Source of the DNA: the human T2T-CHM13v2.0 reference genome, Homo sapiens
Length of the DNA stretch: 64,000 nt
Assembly: GCF_009914755.1 (NCBI RefSeq)
Contig: NC_060943.1
Reading direction: 5' to 3' (one strand)
The notes beneath the pieces are model-generated. The model saw only the letters and a program-made list of their open reading frames with translations. It did not search any database and was not told the origin of the DNA. The position numbers and the translations under genes were made by a program. Positions within the stretch are counted from its first letter, which is position 1; the number at the start of each line of letters is the position of its first letter. Shown one piece after another: positions 1-13,110 of this stretch.

Positions 1-236
1 GTGATCTCAGGTCACTGCAACCTCTGCCTCCCGAGTTTAAGCCATTCTTCTGCCTCAGCCTCCCTAGTACCTGGGACTACTGGTGTGTGCCACCACACCC
101 AGCTAATTTTTGTATTTTTAGTAGAGACAGCGTTTCACCATGTTGGCCAGGATGGTCTCGATCTCCTGACCTCGTGTTCCTCCCGCCTCAGCCTCCCAAA
201 GTGTTGGGATTACAGGTATAAGCCACTGTCCCGGCC
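1..236 (-). mobile_element. Alu (AluY/Sc-like), 3' end beyond window edge
   Basis: Antisense Alu sequence ending ...AGCCACTGTCCCGGCC at 236; GATGGTCTCGATCTCCTGACCTCGTG is Y/Sc-like. Confidence 0.93.
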
Positions 237-372
237 AACTTTTGTATTTTTAATAGAGACAGGGTTTCACCATCATGTTGGCCAGGCTAGTCTCGAGCTC
301 TTGACCTTGTGATCCACCCACCTCGGCCTCCCAAAAGTGCTGAGATTACAGGCGTGAGCCACCGTGCCAGCC
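237..372 (-). mobile_element. Alu left arm plus linker (probably an older Alu interrupted by the one at 1-236)
   Basis: TTTTGTATTTTTAATAGAGACAGGG...GGCGTGAGCCACCGTGCCAGCC. Confidence 0.9.
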
Positions 373-704
373 AGTATTGTTTTTAAGAGCCAAAAATTCA
401 GGAAAACTTTTTAAATGCCACCAAAACAGAATTGATTAAATAGATTTTGATTACATCCCGAAGTGAAATATTATGCAGCTATTAAAAAGAATAATCTTCC
501 TTCTCAGTCTTCCTCATGGTCCAAATTGAACTGCATTTCATAATAGGAAACAGATTGAGAAGATAATCGTAGTCTTCAAGATAGACAAACAGTAGGGTTT
601 TCTAAATGTCAAACTCACTGTGAGAAATCCTAAGCTCCTATATACTATATATGAGTGAAGCATTTTGCTCAGTCATCAACTGACAATTTTTCTTCTAAGA
701 AAGA

Positions 705-1019
705 GGCTGGGTTGGGGGGCTCAGTGGCTCACACCTGTAATCCCAGCAGTCTGGGAGGCTGAGGCAGGCAGATCACCTGAGGTCAGGAGTTCGAGACCAG
801 CCTGGCCAACATGATGAAATCCCATCTCTACTAAAAAATACAAAAATTAGCCAGGCATGGTGGCACGCACCTGTAATCGCAGCTACTCAGGAGGCTGAGG
901 CAGAAGAATCACTTGAACCCAAGAGGCGGAGGCTGCAGTGAGCCGAGATTGCACCACTACACTCCAGCCTGGGTGACAGAGTGAAACTCCATCTCAAAAA
1001 AAAAAAAAAAAAAAAAAAA
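705..1019 (+). mobile_element. Alu (AluSx-like), full length
   Basis: Both arms, GATCACCTGAGGTCAGGAGTTCGAGACCAGCC, poly(A); AAAGAGGC on both sides. Confidence 0.95.
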
Positions 1020-1689
1020 GAGGCCAGCGCACTGTCCATTGGATCCATAGTTCTCAGACTTTGTACTGGATGCTTGAGAATTGCTGGGATCCCCTGGGAA
1101 GCTGAGAGAATCCCACCATAAGGCTCCTCAACTTACTTACACTCTGACCTCATCTGCAAAATTCCTTCTGAAGCCTGTTCTTTTACCTTGAACCTTGGAA
1201 TTGTTCCATAATTTTCACCCTCTGTATTTCCCCCAAATGCATTCAGAGGCTTCTCCTCACACAAGTGTCTGCCATTTATTGGCGGAGCATTTGCTGTGCT
1301 CTAACAGGGACTTAAGATAGGAATAATAATGAAAGTATAGGACCAGAGCCTGCTGCGTTGTGCAGAGCCATTCAATGCCAGCCTGCCGCAGAGAGGCATC
1401 ATTGTGTCTGATTGGGGGAAATGATTATTTTTTGCCTTGTCTTCCACTATCACCTATGAAAGCCTCCTAGAGTGTCTTTGTCTTCCCCACACACATACCT
1501 CACACATCTGACTCACTGCTCTTACTATGTTTCGGGCTTTGGGAACTCAGTCCATTCAAATTCCATATAAACACTGATGAACCAGGGCCCAAGTGAGGGT
1601 GGACTGTGAGTGAGAAGCCTCTGATCCGGGCCTCTGGCTCTACAGGAGCTCATGGAGCTGAAGTGGCAATGCCTCCAGCTCTGCTGCTG

Positions 1690-1830
1690 GACAGACCTGA
1701 ATGCAAATCTGAACCCTCTGCCACCCTGTTTGCTCATTTACAGAATGGTGTGGTATCACCCATCTCTTTGGCTGCTTGTGAGAATTAAGAGAAATGAGGC
1801 GTGTAAAGTCCCTGGAGCATGGGAAGTCCT
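1690..1830 (+). mobile_element. MIR fragment
   Basis: Resembles the MIR core: CTCATTTACAGAATGG...TTGTGAGAATTAAGAGAAATGAGGCGTGTAAAG. Confidence 0.6.
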
Positions 1831-1889
1831 CCCAAGAAAGCATTTCTTGAGCTGCTGGAAAAACATCTCCTAAGTCTGAAAGAACTTCG

Positions 1890-2942
1890 AGCAGTCAGGT
1901 GGTAAATTTTGTCAGTAAATTATTACAGAATAAAAGCATATGCGTGTACATTGCTATAAAGCATATCAGAGATTTCAATTATTAAAGCTTTTAAACTTCT
2001 GAAAACTGCTGCAACATTGCAAAGAAGATAACCACAGGATTGGAAACTGAACTTAAAGAACATCATAGTCAACATGAAAGAACACTATTTGCATATGATG
2101 TTTCATATAAAGTATCTCCTAACAAGGGAGCTAATTCTAAAATTATCTTTTATAATTTATCAATGTAAACATATGGTGATAGAATACATAAACAGACATT
2201 TAAAATTATGTACAAAGAAGGAAGTCCTTTCTTTTTTTGTACGATCTTCACCAATTTCAGGGAATTTCAGAGGACACATTAAAATGACATTGTATGAACT
2301 TGCCTTTAAAATTAAATTCAGAATTATGCAAAACCGATTGATGTGAAGACATAAAACCTCTTAGAAAATTTGTTCCACAAAAATTATCATCTTTAGTTTT
2401 ACTAAAAACTTTTCAGAAATGTATCCCAATACTGTCACTCACAATTTTTAACGACTCCAATAAGAACTAAATCAGCAAAAAAAAATCGGTTTCTAAAATT
2501 AAAATTATCAAAAATTATTTGTGACCTTACATTTGCCAAGTGACTGACATTGCTTTCAAATATGTCAATTGGAAATTAAGTTGCTAAAAGTAAAATTTCT
2601 GATGACCTGATAAATGAATTTGCAAAAATATAAGCCCGAGAAATTTATCATCAATTAAGGTATTATACTGATAAATTGTTATTTGTTGTATTGTATAAAT
2701 TATGACACAAAAATATTTTCTTAATTTTAAATTTATATTGTTGAATATCATGATTACCTTAATGTATTACAAATAACATTATTTTTAAAGGATAAATCTT
2801 TATATTTTAGTGCCTTTAACTACAATTTTTCTGCTTTTATATTGTGACAAAATACACATAGCATACAATGTTTCATTAGTGATATTTTGTACGTTTTTTC
2901 CTGCTTTTTGTATAAGGGACCCGAAAATAATGTAGCTAGTTT
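1890..2942 (+). mobile_element. hAT-Tip100 (Zaphod-like) DNA transposon fossil, 3' part with decayed transposase
   Basis: Frameshifted translation gives VVNFVSKLLQNK (from 1899) and MYPN..LTTP..SA..SKIKIIKNYL*..*LTLLSNMSI..DDLINEFAKI*ARE (about 2419-2645), matching the hAT C-terminal dimerisation motif; the end AATAATGTAGCTAG resembles the Zaphod/MER115 terminus. Confidence 0.75.
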
Positions 2943-3902
2943 AGCATATCTTCACCCATTGCCCACCCCCTTCCCCTCTTCAACCTCTAATACAAAGGGC
3001 CAAGGATTAAAATTTCATTGCTCTTGAATTTCAACCAGGAAGTGGAAAGTGAAATTTCTAGGTAACAAGGACTTACGCAAGATGTAGGTCCAGTAAGTAT
3101 CGGAATCAGATGCCAGCCCCAGAGCCATGCTTGTCTAGAGGAGCACACGTCTTGTTCACAGTGGGGATGAGATCGTCTGTCTGAGATTGAGGCTGAGTTA
3201 GCAGCATCTGTAGACTCCTGTGAGCAAGGCTGCCAAGTTTGGCCCTGGTGAACCCCTTGGCCTCTCCTTCACAAAGCCTCCTGCTACCATCTGCACATCC
3301 CCAACCCCTCCTTCACCTAGAACAGTCCTGTCCCCAGGCGTTCCCTTCTGCTGTTAGTGAGGCTGAAGCTAACATTCTGAGCCTCTGAGGGGGATGATGA
3401 CAGCAGCTACGTCTTTGGGTGATGAGTGTTATGGCTGCAGAGGACCTTGCGAGGGCGGGGCTGAGTGGTTTGGAAGCCTATTTCCTAAGGCACCTTACAC
3501 ACTAGGGGGATTCCATGGTCAGAGTAATTAAGGAAGGGTGGATAACACGGTGCTTCCGAAGGATTTGTTCACAGAGCAGCACATTAAATGTCCTGAGAAA
3601 TTCCAGTAAGACACCCAGGCCTTCCCAATCTTATCTGGCTGCAAGGCCTTAGAACTCCTAACAGTTCCTGGGACTAGGGCTCCGCAGAACACCCTTTAAA
3701 ATATATGTTTTTTGTTCACTGCTCTAATTTTAAGGATGGGGAGCCAAGATTCAGATTCAAGGGAACACACTTAAGATCATAAAGTGAGATCCAAGAAGAT
3801 AATGCACATTTTTATTCCCCAATTTTAGGTTGGTCTTTTAAGAGATTCAAAGGAAGGAGCCTCTAATGGTGACAATGTAAGGCTGATAATTCTGGAGTCT
3901 CT

Positions 3903-4580
3903 ATTGTGCGTGTGTATGGGCTGTGTGTGTATGTGTGTGCATGTGTGTGTATATGTTTTGTGCGTGTATGTGTGTGTCTCTGTTGTGTGTGCATGTATGG
4001 GTGTGTGGGTGTGTGTTGGTGTGCATGTGTATATTGGTATGTATGTGTATGTGTTGTGTGTATGTGTATCTATCTGGGTGTGTGTGTCTGTGTGTGTTGT
4101 GTGTAATGTGCATATGTGCATGGGTGTATGTGTGTGTATATGTATGTGTGTGTTGTGTGTTGTGTGTATGTGTGTATGGGTGTGTATGTGTGTATGTGTT
4201 TACGGATGTGTGTATATATGTGTGATGTGTGTGGATATGTGTGTGGATGTGTGTGGTGAGTATGAGTGTGTACAGGTGTATGGGTGTGTATATGTATGTA
4301 TGTGTTGATGGATATGTGGGTGTCTATATTTGTGTAAGTATGTGTTTATGTTTGTGTGGGTGTATGTGTGTGCATGTGAGTGTGTTGTGTTTATGTGTGT
4401 ATATGGGCATATGGATGTGTACATGGATGTACGTATTGTCTATAAATGTGTTTGTGGGTGTGTGTGTATATATATGTGTGCATGTATTTGTGTGTGTTGG
4501 GTGTATGGGTGTGTGTATGTGTATTATGTGTTTATGAATGTGTGTGTATGTGCATGTATGGGTGTGTGTGTGTGTGTATT
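3903..4580. repeat. Long degenerate (TG)n/(TATG)n simple repeat, about 680 bp
   Basis: Continuous TG/TA/GG-interrupted dinucleotide tract. Confidence 0.97.
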
Positions 4581-5244
4581 TGGATGAGACTTTATCTGTA
4601 TCTCTGCGGTGGTATGGGAGCTGGAACCCTTCCTACTGAGCTGCCCTCTCTGTTCCGGATTTACAGCAGGACTAAACAGCAGGAGAAACCAATGAAAATA
4701 CAGTCCACTAATGCATCCAGTCTGGACGGGGCAGTGAATGGAGGTCAGGAACTTCTGTGGTGCCAGTCCCAGCTCTCAGGCTTTTTCAGCAGCTCTGAGG
4801 AGGTCTCAGGCATAGGTTCCAAAATCAGAAGCCTTCAGGAATGAGCCATTCTGGATAGTCATGTTTTACTGGTCAGTGAGAATTTGTTTCCTTTAAAATC
4901 AAAATTCTTCAAAATATATTAATCATTTTGGAAGAAAAATTTTTCATATTTTATAGTTTGCATTCTTTCTTGCACAGTAAGGAAATACACTCGGACATAT
5001 TTTGGAGGTAGTTTTGAATTTTTGTTTTTGCTCTCTCGTGCCTGATGCACAGACCCTCAGACACTGTCAGAGCCTGCCTTTTGGGACATAAAGGTCAATT
5101 TGCCCCTATACTAAGCAGACTGAAGTTTCTACATTTTACACCACTGTAACTGCTTTATGTTTTCCTGGTTTCCCTGTGGCGCAAGTCTGCAGTCTCATTT
5201 TCGCTTCTTCCTCTGCTTCCCACATCACCATATTTAATTTCCTG

Positions 5245-5382
5245 CCAGACCTGCATGTGCGAGCTGCCTGATCTGGGAAAGTCATTTGATCTCTCAGAAA
5301 CTCCTTTCCTCATGGTAAATGGTAGTAGCATTGCTTGCCCAACAGTGCTGCCATGTTGAGTAAGACACCGTGAGTGCCTTAG
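5245..5382 (+). mobile_element. MIR fragment
   Basis: CTGGGAAAGTCATTTGATCTCTCAG...TTTCCTCATGGTAAATGG. Confidence 0.6.
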
Positions 5383-5553
5383 CCTCCCGCCCTCTTCTTC
5401 CAGGCTTTGCTGGAGCCCTGCTGAGGGAGCCTCATGGGCTGGATGCTCTCGCTCTCTCTCTCCTTCTCTCTCTCTCCTATGAGTCACTCTTGTACTGTTG
5501 TGTGATGCTTCCTTCTAGCAAATCACTGTATTGCTGAATAACACCCTCTATAG

Positions 5554-5955
<402 letters not shown>

Positions 5956-6069
5956 TAAGAGAAAAATTCTGCTGTTGCTGTTTTGCCTATCTGGGCTCTT
6001 GGTATTGGGCTGCAGGGGAGAGAACGTTCTTGGTGTCTGTTTGGCTAAAATTCTATTGAGTGAGATGGC

Positions 6070-6453
6070 AGTCATGAGGCTAATGGTGATGATTCCACTC
6101 CTCCCTCCTTCAGAGCCCACGGGAAGACAGCACTTCCCCATCCCTCTTTGAAGTGTGTTGCTGCATGTGACATGCTTTGGCCAGTGAAATGCAAGTGGAA
6201 GTGATGTTTGTTATTTCCACACCCAGGTTGTAATTGCCCATGTGGTCTTCCCTGACTGTGCTAATCATGGAGAGATGGGTGGAAGTGGTGCCTGGGCTGC
6301 CCAAATCCCTGAATGGCCACAGGAATAGAGTTCCCTGAAAGCTTGTGTTTAGACACAGAGCATTAGCAAGAAATAGTCTTCTTTTATAATAAGCCACTAA
6401 CTTTCAGGGATATTTGTTACTCCGGCATAACCCTGTATGCCCTGACTGATACA
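6070..6453 (+). mobile_element. MaLR LTR (MLT1I/J-like)
   Basis: CATGTGACATGCTTTGGCCAGTGAAATG; 3' end TTTGTTACT...CCTGACTGATACA. Confidence 0.7.
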
Positions 6454-9019
6454 GCAAGTAAGTAAATAACATAGTTCTCTCCCAAGAGTCTTTATTAGCA
6501 GCCTGTGAAGTGCTTTTTTCCTCTGACTTCTCATTTCCTCTTCAAGGCCAGGACACCTAGCAACTAGTCTCAATAACCCATTCATTTTCTTTGTGGATAG
6601 CTCTGGAGGAGAAATCTACAGCCCTGCCCAGCTGTGCTCTCTGTTTCTGACCCTGCAGCCCTGGTTTAGACTCAGTCGAACATTTACCCATTATGTTCTA
6701 GACCTGTGTGATGGTGCATCTCCCCTCCCCCTCCATCACATTTTGGAGCACATGGAAGCTTTTCCAAGACTATTTCAGCTTGCCAGTTTCCTGTCAGATT
6801 TTTCATTGTATATTTTTCTAATTAAGTTAATTGAATCGAAAAGTCTCTTCATATAAATAACAGACCTCTCCTTTCTCTCACTGCTTGATGACTTTCAACT
6901 ACAAAGTCATTTTTTTCCTCTCTTTTATTTGACTTCAGGCACCCTTTGCTAAACACTTATAATTGTCCTAATATAAAAGCAATGCAACTGATTTCCACAC
7001 TATGAAAACATTTGGAGACTGCTGTGTGTGTGTATTCATATATTTGTAATTTTTTAAGCTCTAGCAAGAGCCTCATCTTTTTTCCCCTAAAATCCCTTTA
7101 ACATTCTTAGCCTAGCTGAGTGAAGATAGCCACAATCCTGGCTCAGTATAGTCACTTGTAATTACCTTCAGGTGCAAAAGAGTTCTTAATGCTTCAAATT
7201 CTCTTTCCACTGTATCGAAGTAAATAGATGTAATTTATTATTGAAAGCGCTGCTGCTATGCCGATGTAGTGGGTGGGAGTTGACATTTGGGATATTGTGT
7301 AATGTATAATGAGTCTGAAATGAGTGGTTCTGATCCAGTCAGCATCACAGGCAATTTCCCTGGTAAGGAAAAATGCCTGCAAATTAAGTTGCATATCTTC
7401 ACTAAGGCAGGGAATGGCATAAACTGTGGAAATATTGATTCTGATTCTGCTTTTCTTAGAAATTGCTCTGGATGTGTATTCAGAAACATGTTTTCTCTGA
7501 GACAGAACCCTATATTTTCAGCCAGAATGATGTTTGAAAGGCATCTTTGGTAAGGACTGTTTCTCAGATGCTATGAAAATGAAATCAATGGGGCTAATTT
7601 CTCCTTGTCGCTTTCTATGAATGCTGCATGAGGGATTGCAGACCAGCCACAAAATCAGGCTGAGGACCACTGTTCCCCGCCTGTCCTTTTCCTCTGCAGC
7701 CCAGGCTGTGCAGAGTGGCTTTGCCCAAAGGGAGATCCAAAGGTGGGGCTTGCTCAGAAATGACAGGCTGGGAAGTTATTTTGTGGCTAAGAGGAGGGGA
7801 GAAAATAGCTGGGAAAGAGAAATGACATGCATGGGCTGCCAGGAGAAGATGGAAGAGAGAGCCACCACCTGTAAAACAGCAACATTATGGAACTGGAAGG
7901 CACCAACCACAAGATGAAGAAGTGCGTAAATTTACCTGGAAATCACACTGAAACGAGGCCAGTTTTTTACACCACTTCAGGAACTAGCAGGTGCTCTGTC
8001 TCTCCAGCCTCACTGTCTCATTCTCCTTCTTACCCTTGCTGCCTCAATTGATTGCAGAAATTACATTCCAGACCATGAGTAAAGGACTCAATGTTGCTGC
8101 CCGACGAGTCTTTTCTGCTTTCTGACAACACTGTTGGTTTGCACAGATTCACTTAAAAGTGTTAAAAATGTCAGACATCTGTTAAAAATGTCAGCAGTGG
8201 TTTTGCTCCACTCTTCCCACATACCAGACAGGAAAACAGAGACACCAGGTGCCCTGCAAACTTCCCTTAGGGGGATGCCTGTTCTTCACACCATGGATTC
8301 AATCTTTGGAACAAAATCACCAGCTTTGTAAGGCCTCAAGGTACATCAATTAATTACCCCCAGGAAGAGCCATACACAGTCAGCTATCAAAGGGGGATGA
8401 GACCTCAACATACTGTGGGCTGTCGTCTGTCACCCCCAGCACTGAATTCAGTTCTTACCCTCGCTCACCTGTCCTGGGCTCAGAGGTACATCACTGCAGA
8501 CCACAGCACCTGGGATTTCTTCCCTCTGCTTTTCTGTTTGATTTTAACAATGAGGTGCATTGTCAGGAGATGCAAGGGCAGAAAGAGAAAGAAGTTAAGG
8601 CATGTCTTTTCCCTACTCCATTCCTGCTTTATAACCATGTTTCTGGCAGTGGTTAATCCTTCCATGACCACAGATCCTAGATGGAGCCTGATGGTTCTAG
8701 CTCTCATTAGGCCCCAGTAATGCCATTCCTCCCCTCCTGTCTTTATTCCTAGGGGATGGAGAGCTTGTTGCTAGTATTTGGATGTCTCAGCATCTCTTTT
8801 TAGTTTTCATTATCCCTACCTGTAACTCTATACACTGTCCCTATATTGTAGTCTCTTCATTGAACCATCTGGGGTGCCTTCCATTTCTCAATGGTAACAT
8901 GCAGTCTAAGTTCAATAGAGCTAAGGAGCCCTGAGGCTGAAGTAGCCAGGGAAGTCTTTCCAAGAGAGATGGAGCTTGAACTGTGGCTTGGAGGAATTGT
9001 ACCTATCTGGACTCTGAGT

Positions 9020-9480
9020 TTGTGTTTTACCATTTGCAACTGAACCACTTGGCTTAAGCAGAGGAATATTTGGTTTATGTAACTAAAAATTTAGGGGCTT
9101 CAGGCATGTCTGAATCCAGGACCTCAAATGAAATAAATCTCCTTCTATTTCTTAGCTCTCTTTTTATTATCATTATTATTGTGTCATTCCCTGGCAAGTT
9201 CTCTCTGACACAAAATTGACTCTAGGAAGCTCCAGGCATAATTCATCCCATTAGCACAGAGTCTCTGAAGGAAAGAGCAATGCTATCTCTTCTAACACGC
9301 AAGGCAACTTCTTTTACAGAACCCCATTGGTCTTATTCAGGTCATACCCCTCTTTTCTCCTCCCCCTGCCCAGAAAAACCAGTCTCCAGAGAACTGGGGC
9401 ATTCTCATTGGCTGATGTTTTCACACCTGTGGCTAGGAAGTGAGGGCCTTTGGGTTGAGTATGTCCTCATGCTGGAAAAG
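9020..9480 (-). mobile_element. MaLR LTR (MLT1K-like), degraded
   Basis: TGGCTTAAGCA...GTAACTAAAAA...GCTTCAGGCATGTCTGAATCCAGGACCTCAAATG. Confidence 0.6.
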
Positions 9481-9526
9481 AACAACTTCCTGAAGGAAGG
9501 AACGTGAAAGACAAAAAGAGTCATCA

Positions 9527-9816
9527 GGCTAGGTGCAGTGGCTCATGCCTGTGATACCGACACTTTGGGAGGCGGGTGGATCACTTAAGCCCAGGAGTTT
9601 GAGACCAGCCTGGCCATGGCCAACATGCTGAAACCCCATCTCTACTAAAAATACAAAAATTAGCCAGGTGGCATATACCTGTGGTCCCACCTACTCAGGA
9701 GGTGGAGGCGTGAGAATCGCTTGAACCCAGGAGGTGGAGGTCGCAGTGAGCCAAGATCATGCTGCTGCACTTCAGCCTGGGTGGCAGAATGAGACTCTGT
9801 CTCAAAAAAAAAAAAA
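9527..9816 (+). mobile_element. Alu (AluS/J), full length
   Basis: Both arms and poly(A); TSD AAAAAGAGTCAT at 9513 and 9812. Confidence 0.95.
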
Positions 9817-10998
9817 GAGTCATTGAGATCCACTACAGATCTCAACATTTCACCCACCTGGTCTCAAAGCCAGCCAAGGCCCAGTGGGATAATGGTTAAA
9901 AAGCCTCTTCCCTGAAAATGAGCTGATTCTGAACCCAAACATGGGCCTCTAAGTTGAATGGTAGGGTTTGTATGAGTTGTCATGACCTGGAAAGGCACTT
10001 TGCTGCATGAATCGCCTCTGTCCCTGGGACTATCTCTAAAACTTCTAGTCCATAGACCTGCTTGACACAGAGGCCCGCAATTCAACTCTGAAGGTCAAGG
10101 AATTGAAAGTAATGGCAGAAGATCAAGCATCTCTTCCACCCCCATCTTTTAGGATCACCCAGAGAAAAGTGTTGCTAATAGCAGCCTCTTTGTTTCTCAA
10201 AGACCAACAAAGCTTGTGTTAGCATATGGCCTGTACTTATGGCCAAATGCATCTCCCAAGCTTCTGCATCTTATCTTTATTTTAATAATTTTTATTTTTA
10301 ACTGATCATGCAGTGACTTCCAGGGAAGTAGACTACGACTTCCTGGAACATTTGCATTTTTGTACATTTAAATTATTGTTAGCTTTGAAAGCAGGGCAAC
10401 TGCCTTAGGACCACAAAGCACTCTACTCACCCTACTGAAACAGATAGTGGCAGTTTCTGATGAATTCCACCTAAAAATTTTAAGATAGAAAATGTGTGTG
10501 TGTTGTATTGTGGGGCGATGGGGAAATGGGGCACAGTGGCATGGATTTGAGAGGCTCAAGACTCTATTTCTAAGATGCCACAGCTTCAAAGGGCACTTTT
10601 CTAGGTAATCTTAGGAGACAGCAGGCCTTAGAACTCTATGTGTGTAACTACTAGTTCAACATCTTGTTTCATGAGTTTGTGTCCAACTTTGATTTTTTCT
10701 TAGTCAATTCACCATCATTATTGCACTCAACGAGATCATAATTCCACTTTGATCTATTCATGGTGTCTGTGTTTACCTTAAGGACTGAATTTTTAGTGGA
10801 TTCTTAACTTAGCTGCTGTATTTAAAGACTCATCTTGGCTGAATTACATCATAATTCTGAGGCTTCTTTGTTTTTCCAGAACTATGAACATTTATTGCCA
10901 TCATGGGATGCCTTCACCAATAGGCCTTGAAATTCAGAAAAAGTTAAAGAAAGATCAGAGACTTGGTGCCATGTAAAACTTGAAATTCATGACCTTCA

Positions 10999-11275
10999 GG
11001 CCTGGTGCAGTAATTCCAGCACTTTGGGGGAATAAGGCAGGAAGATTGCTTGGTGTCAGGAGTTTGAGACCAGCCTCAGCAACACAGTGAGACCCCATCT
11101 ATACAAAAAATAAAAATAATTAGTCATAGTGGTGTGCACCTGTAGTCCCAGCTACTTGGGAGTCTGAAGTGAGAGGATTACCTGAACCAAGGAGTTCAAA
11201 GCTTCAGTGAGCCAGGATCACACCACTGTACTCCAGCCTGGGTGACAGAGAAACAACCTGTCAAAAAAAAAAAAA
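10999..11275 (+). mobile_element. AluJ
   Basis: Diverged Alu; TSD AAATTCATGACCTTCAG / AAAATCATGATCTTCAG. Confidence 0.92.
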
Positions 11276-11469
11276 TCATGATCTTCAGAATTCCCAAAGA
11301 TGATTGGGGACTTGCTAAGAGAGATATGATCTCAATTTGCTATGCATCAGAGACTTGCCAAGGGATTGCTGCACACTGGCTCTAGGCCAGCCCCACACCA
11401 AGCCCTTGAGAGGGAAAACAAGATACTCTTAGTCTATATTGGACACCAAGAGCTACCAGGAGCTCTCAT

Positions 11470-11645
11470 TTTCCTTAATCTTCCCTGAGCTCTTTGAGGC
11501 AGGGCCTATTGTTACTTCTGGTTTACAAGAAGAAAACTGGGGCTTGGAGAGGTGAAGGAAATTGCCTGAGGCTAATGAGCTGATAAGTGGGAATGTCAGA
11601 ATTTGAATCCAGGCTTTGTGACTCAGCATCTTGAGAGCCCACTAC
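11470..11645 (-). mobile_element. MIR
   Basis: TTTACAAGAAGAAAACTGGGGCTTGGAGAGGTGAAG...GAATTTGAATCCAGG. Confidence 0.7.
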
Positions 11646-11856
11646 TGTATTTGACTCTTCTTACAATCTAGTGTCTAAAGCAATTTGTGAACAAGGCCAT
11701 ATCTTCCTAGTTGATGGAATGCTGACCATAGGTGTAAAAAGCTTTGATTAACCAGAGCACTTGTCAAATGGGCTTTCCTAGTTAATGAAGACCTTTTGTT
11801 AAGAAAAGTGAGGGGGAGAAGGAGGAGAGCAGATAGTGGTGATAAGCATAATAGCT

Positions 11857-12248
11857 TTTATGGTTTTAATGTCTCCCCCAAAATTTATGCTGAAATTTAA
11901 TTGTCATTGTGACAGTATTGGGGTGAATTCTTTAGGAGGTGATTAGGTCATGAGAGCAGAGCCCTCCAGAATTGATGAATGCTGTTATCTTGGGAGTGGG
12001 TTAGTTATTAGGAGGATGGGCTCCTGGTAAAAGAAGAAAGCTCAGCCCTCTTCCCTTTCTCACTCCTACCCTTGCTTGCCTTTCTGCTTTCCTTCAAGTT
12101 GTGATGCAGCACAAAGGCCCTCACCAGGTGCTGGTGCCATGTTCTTGGACTTTCCAGCCTCTAGAACCATGAGCCAAAAAATGTCTTAAAAAAATAAATT
12201 ACCCACTCTGTGGTATTCTGTTATATTAAGGCAAAATGGACTAAAACA
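11857..12248 (+). mobile_element. MaLR solo LTR (MSTB/C-like)
   Basis: TATGGTTTTAATGTCTCCCCCAAAATT...TTGGACTTTCCAGCCTCTAGAACCATGAG...AAATTACCCACTCTGTGGTATTCTGTTATA...GGACTAAAACA. Confidence 0.85.
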
Positions 12249-12269
12249 ATAGTCAACCTCCATAAGGAC

Positions 12270-12748
12270 CTACTAGGCTAAATGATGGCCCTGCAGAGAC
12301 GTCCACGTCCTCTGATCCCCAGAACCTGTGATTGTGTTACCTTACCCAGGCAATGAAAACTTTGCTGATTTAAGTTAAGGATCTCAAGATGGAAAAGCTT
12401 CTCTGAATTACTTAAGTGGGGAAGATATAATCACAATGGCCCTCATAGGAGGGAGGCAGGAGGATCAGAGTCCATGAAGGAGATGAGATGATGCTGTGTC
12501 ACTTGCTGGCTTTGAAGATGGGGGAAGGGGTCGTGGGCCAAGGAATGTGGGCAGCCCCCAGAAGACAACCAGAGGTAGGGAAACAGATCTTCCCTAGAGC
12601 CTCCAGAACAAGCCAGCCTTGCAGACACCTCGATGTTTGACTAATGACATGGATTTTGGACCTCTGACCTCCATAACTGTAAGATAATACCTGTGTGTTG
12701 TTTTAAAGTTTGAGATAATTTGTTACTGCAGCAATAGAAACCAATACA
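12270..12748 (+). mobile_element. MaLR solo LTR (MLT1D-like)
   Basis: GTCCACGTCC...CCCAGAACCTGTGA...GCTGGCTTTGAAGATGG...TTTGTTACTGCAGCAATAGAAACCAATACA. Confidence 0.85.
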
Positions 12749-12757
12749 ATGTGCTGT

Positions 12758-12925
12758 ATATCAGTGCTTCTAAACCATAATGTGCAAAGAAATCACCCAA
12801 GGTATTGTTAAAATGCAAGTTCCTGTACAGCAAGTCTAGGTGGAACCTCGGAGTCATCATTTCCAACAAGTTTCCAGGGTTGCTGAAGATGCTGCTGTGT
12901 AAGTCATGCTTTCAGAAGCAGGGCT
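12758..12925. mobile_element. MER5A/B (hAT-Charlie MITE)
   Basis: CAGTGCTTCTAAAC...AATCACC...TTGTTAAAATGCAAGTTCCTG...AACAAGTTTCCAGG. Confidence 0.7.
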
Positions 12926-12929
12926 TTGC

Positions 12930-13110
12930 ACAATAATATCTCCCTTAATTGTCATAACGACTATGAAGTAGCTTTTAATTTCCATTTTACGGTTGAGGAA
13001 TTGAGACTGAGAGTTTAAATAAATGGTCTAAGGCCAGAAAGATAGTACATGGCAAAGCATGGCATTGAATCCAGTTTAATCAGAGTTCAAAACCTGTGTT
13101 CTTGCCACCA
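12930..13110 (-). mobile_element. MIR
   Basis: CCATTTTACGGTTGAGGAATTGAGACTGAGAG...GGCATTGAATCCAG. Confidence 0.7.

Noticed and set aside
3825-4844. Cys/Val- and His/Thr-rich ORFs, also at 26.6, 34.4 and 37.3 kb
   Set aside because: These are translations of (TG)n, (CA)n and (TA)n repeats, not metallothionein- or zinc-finger-like genes.
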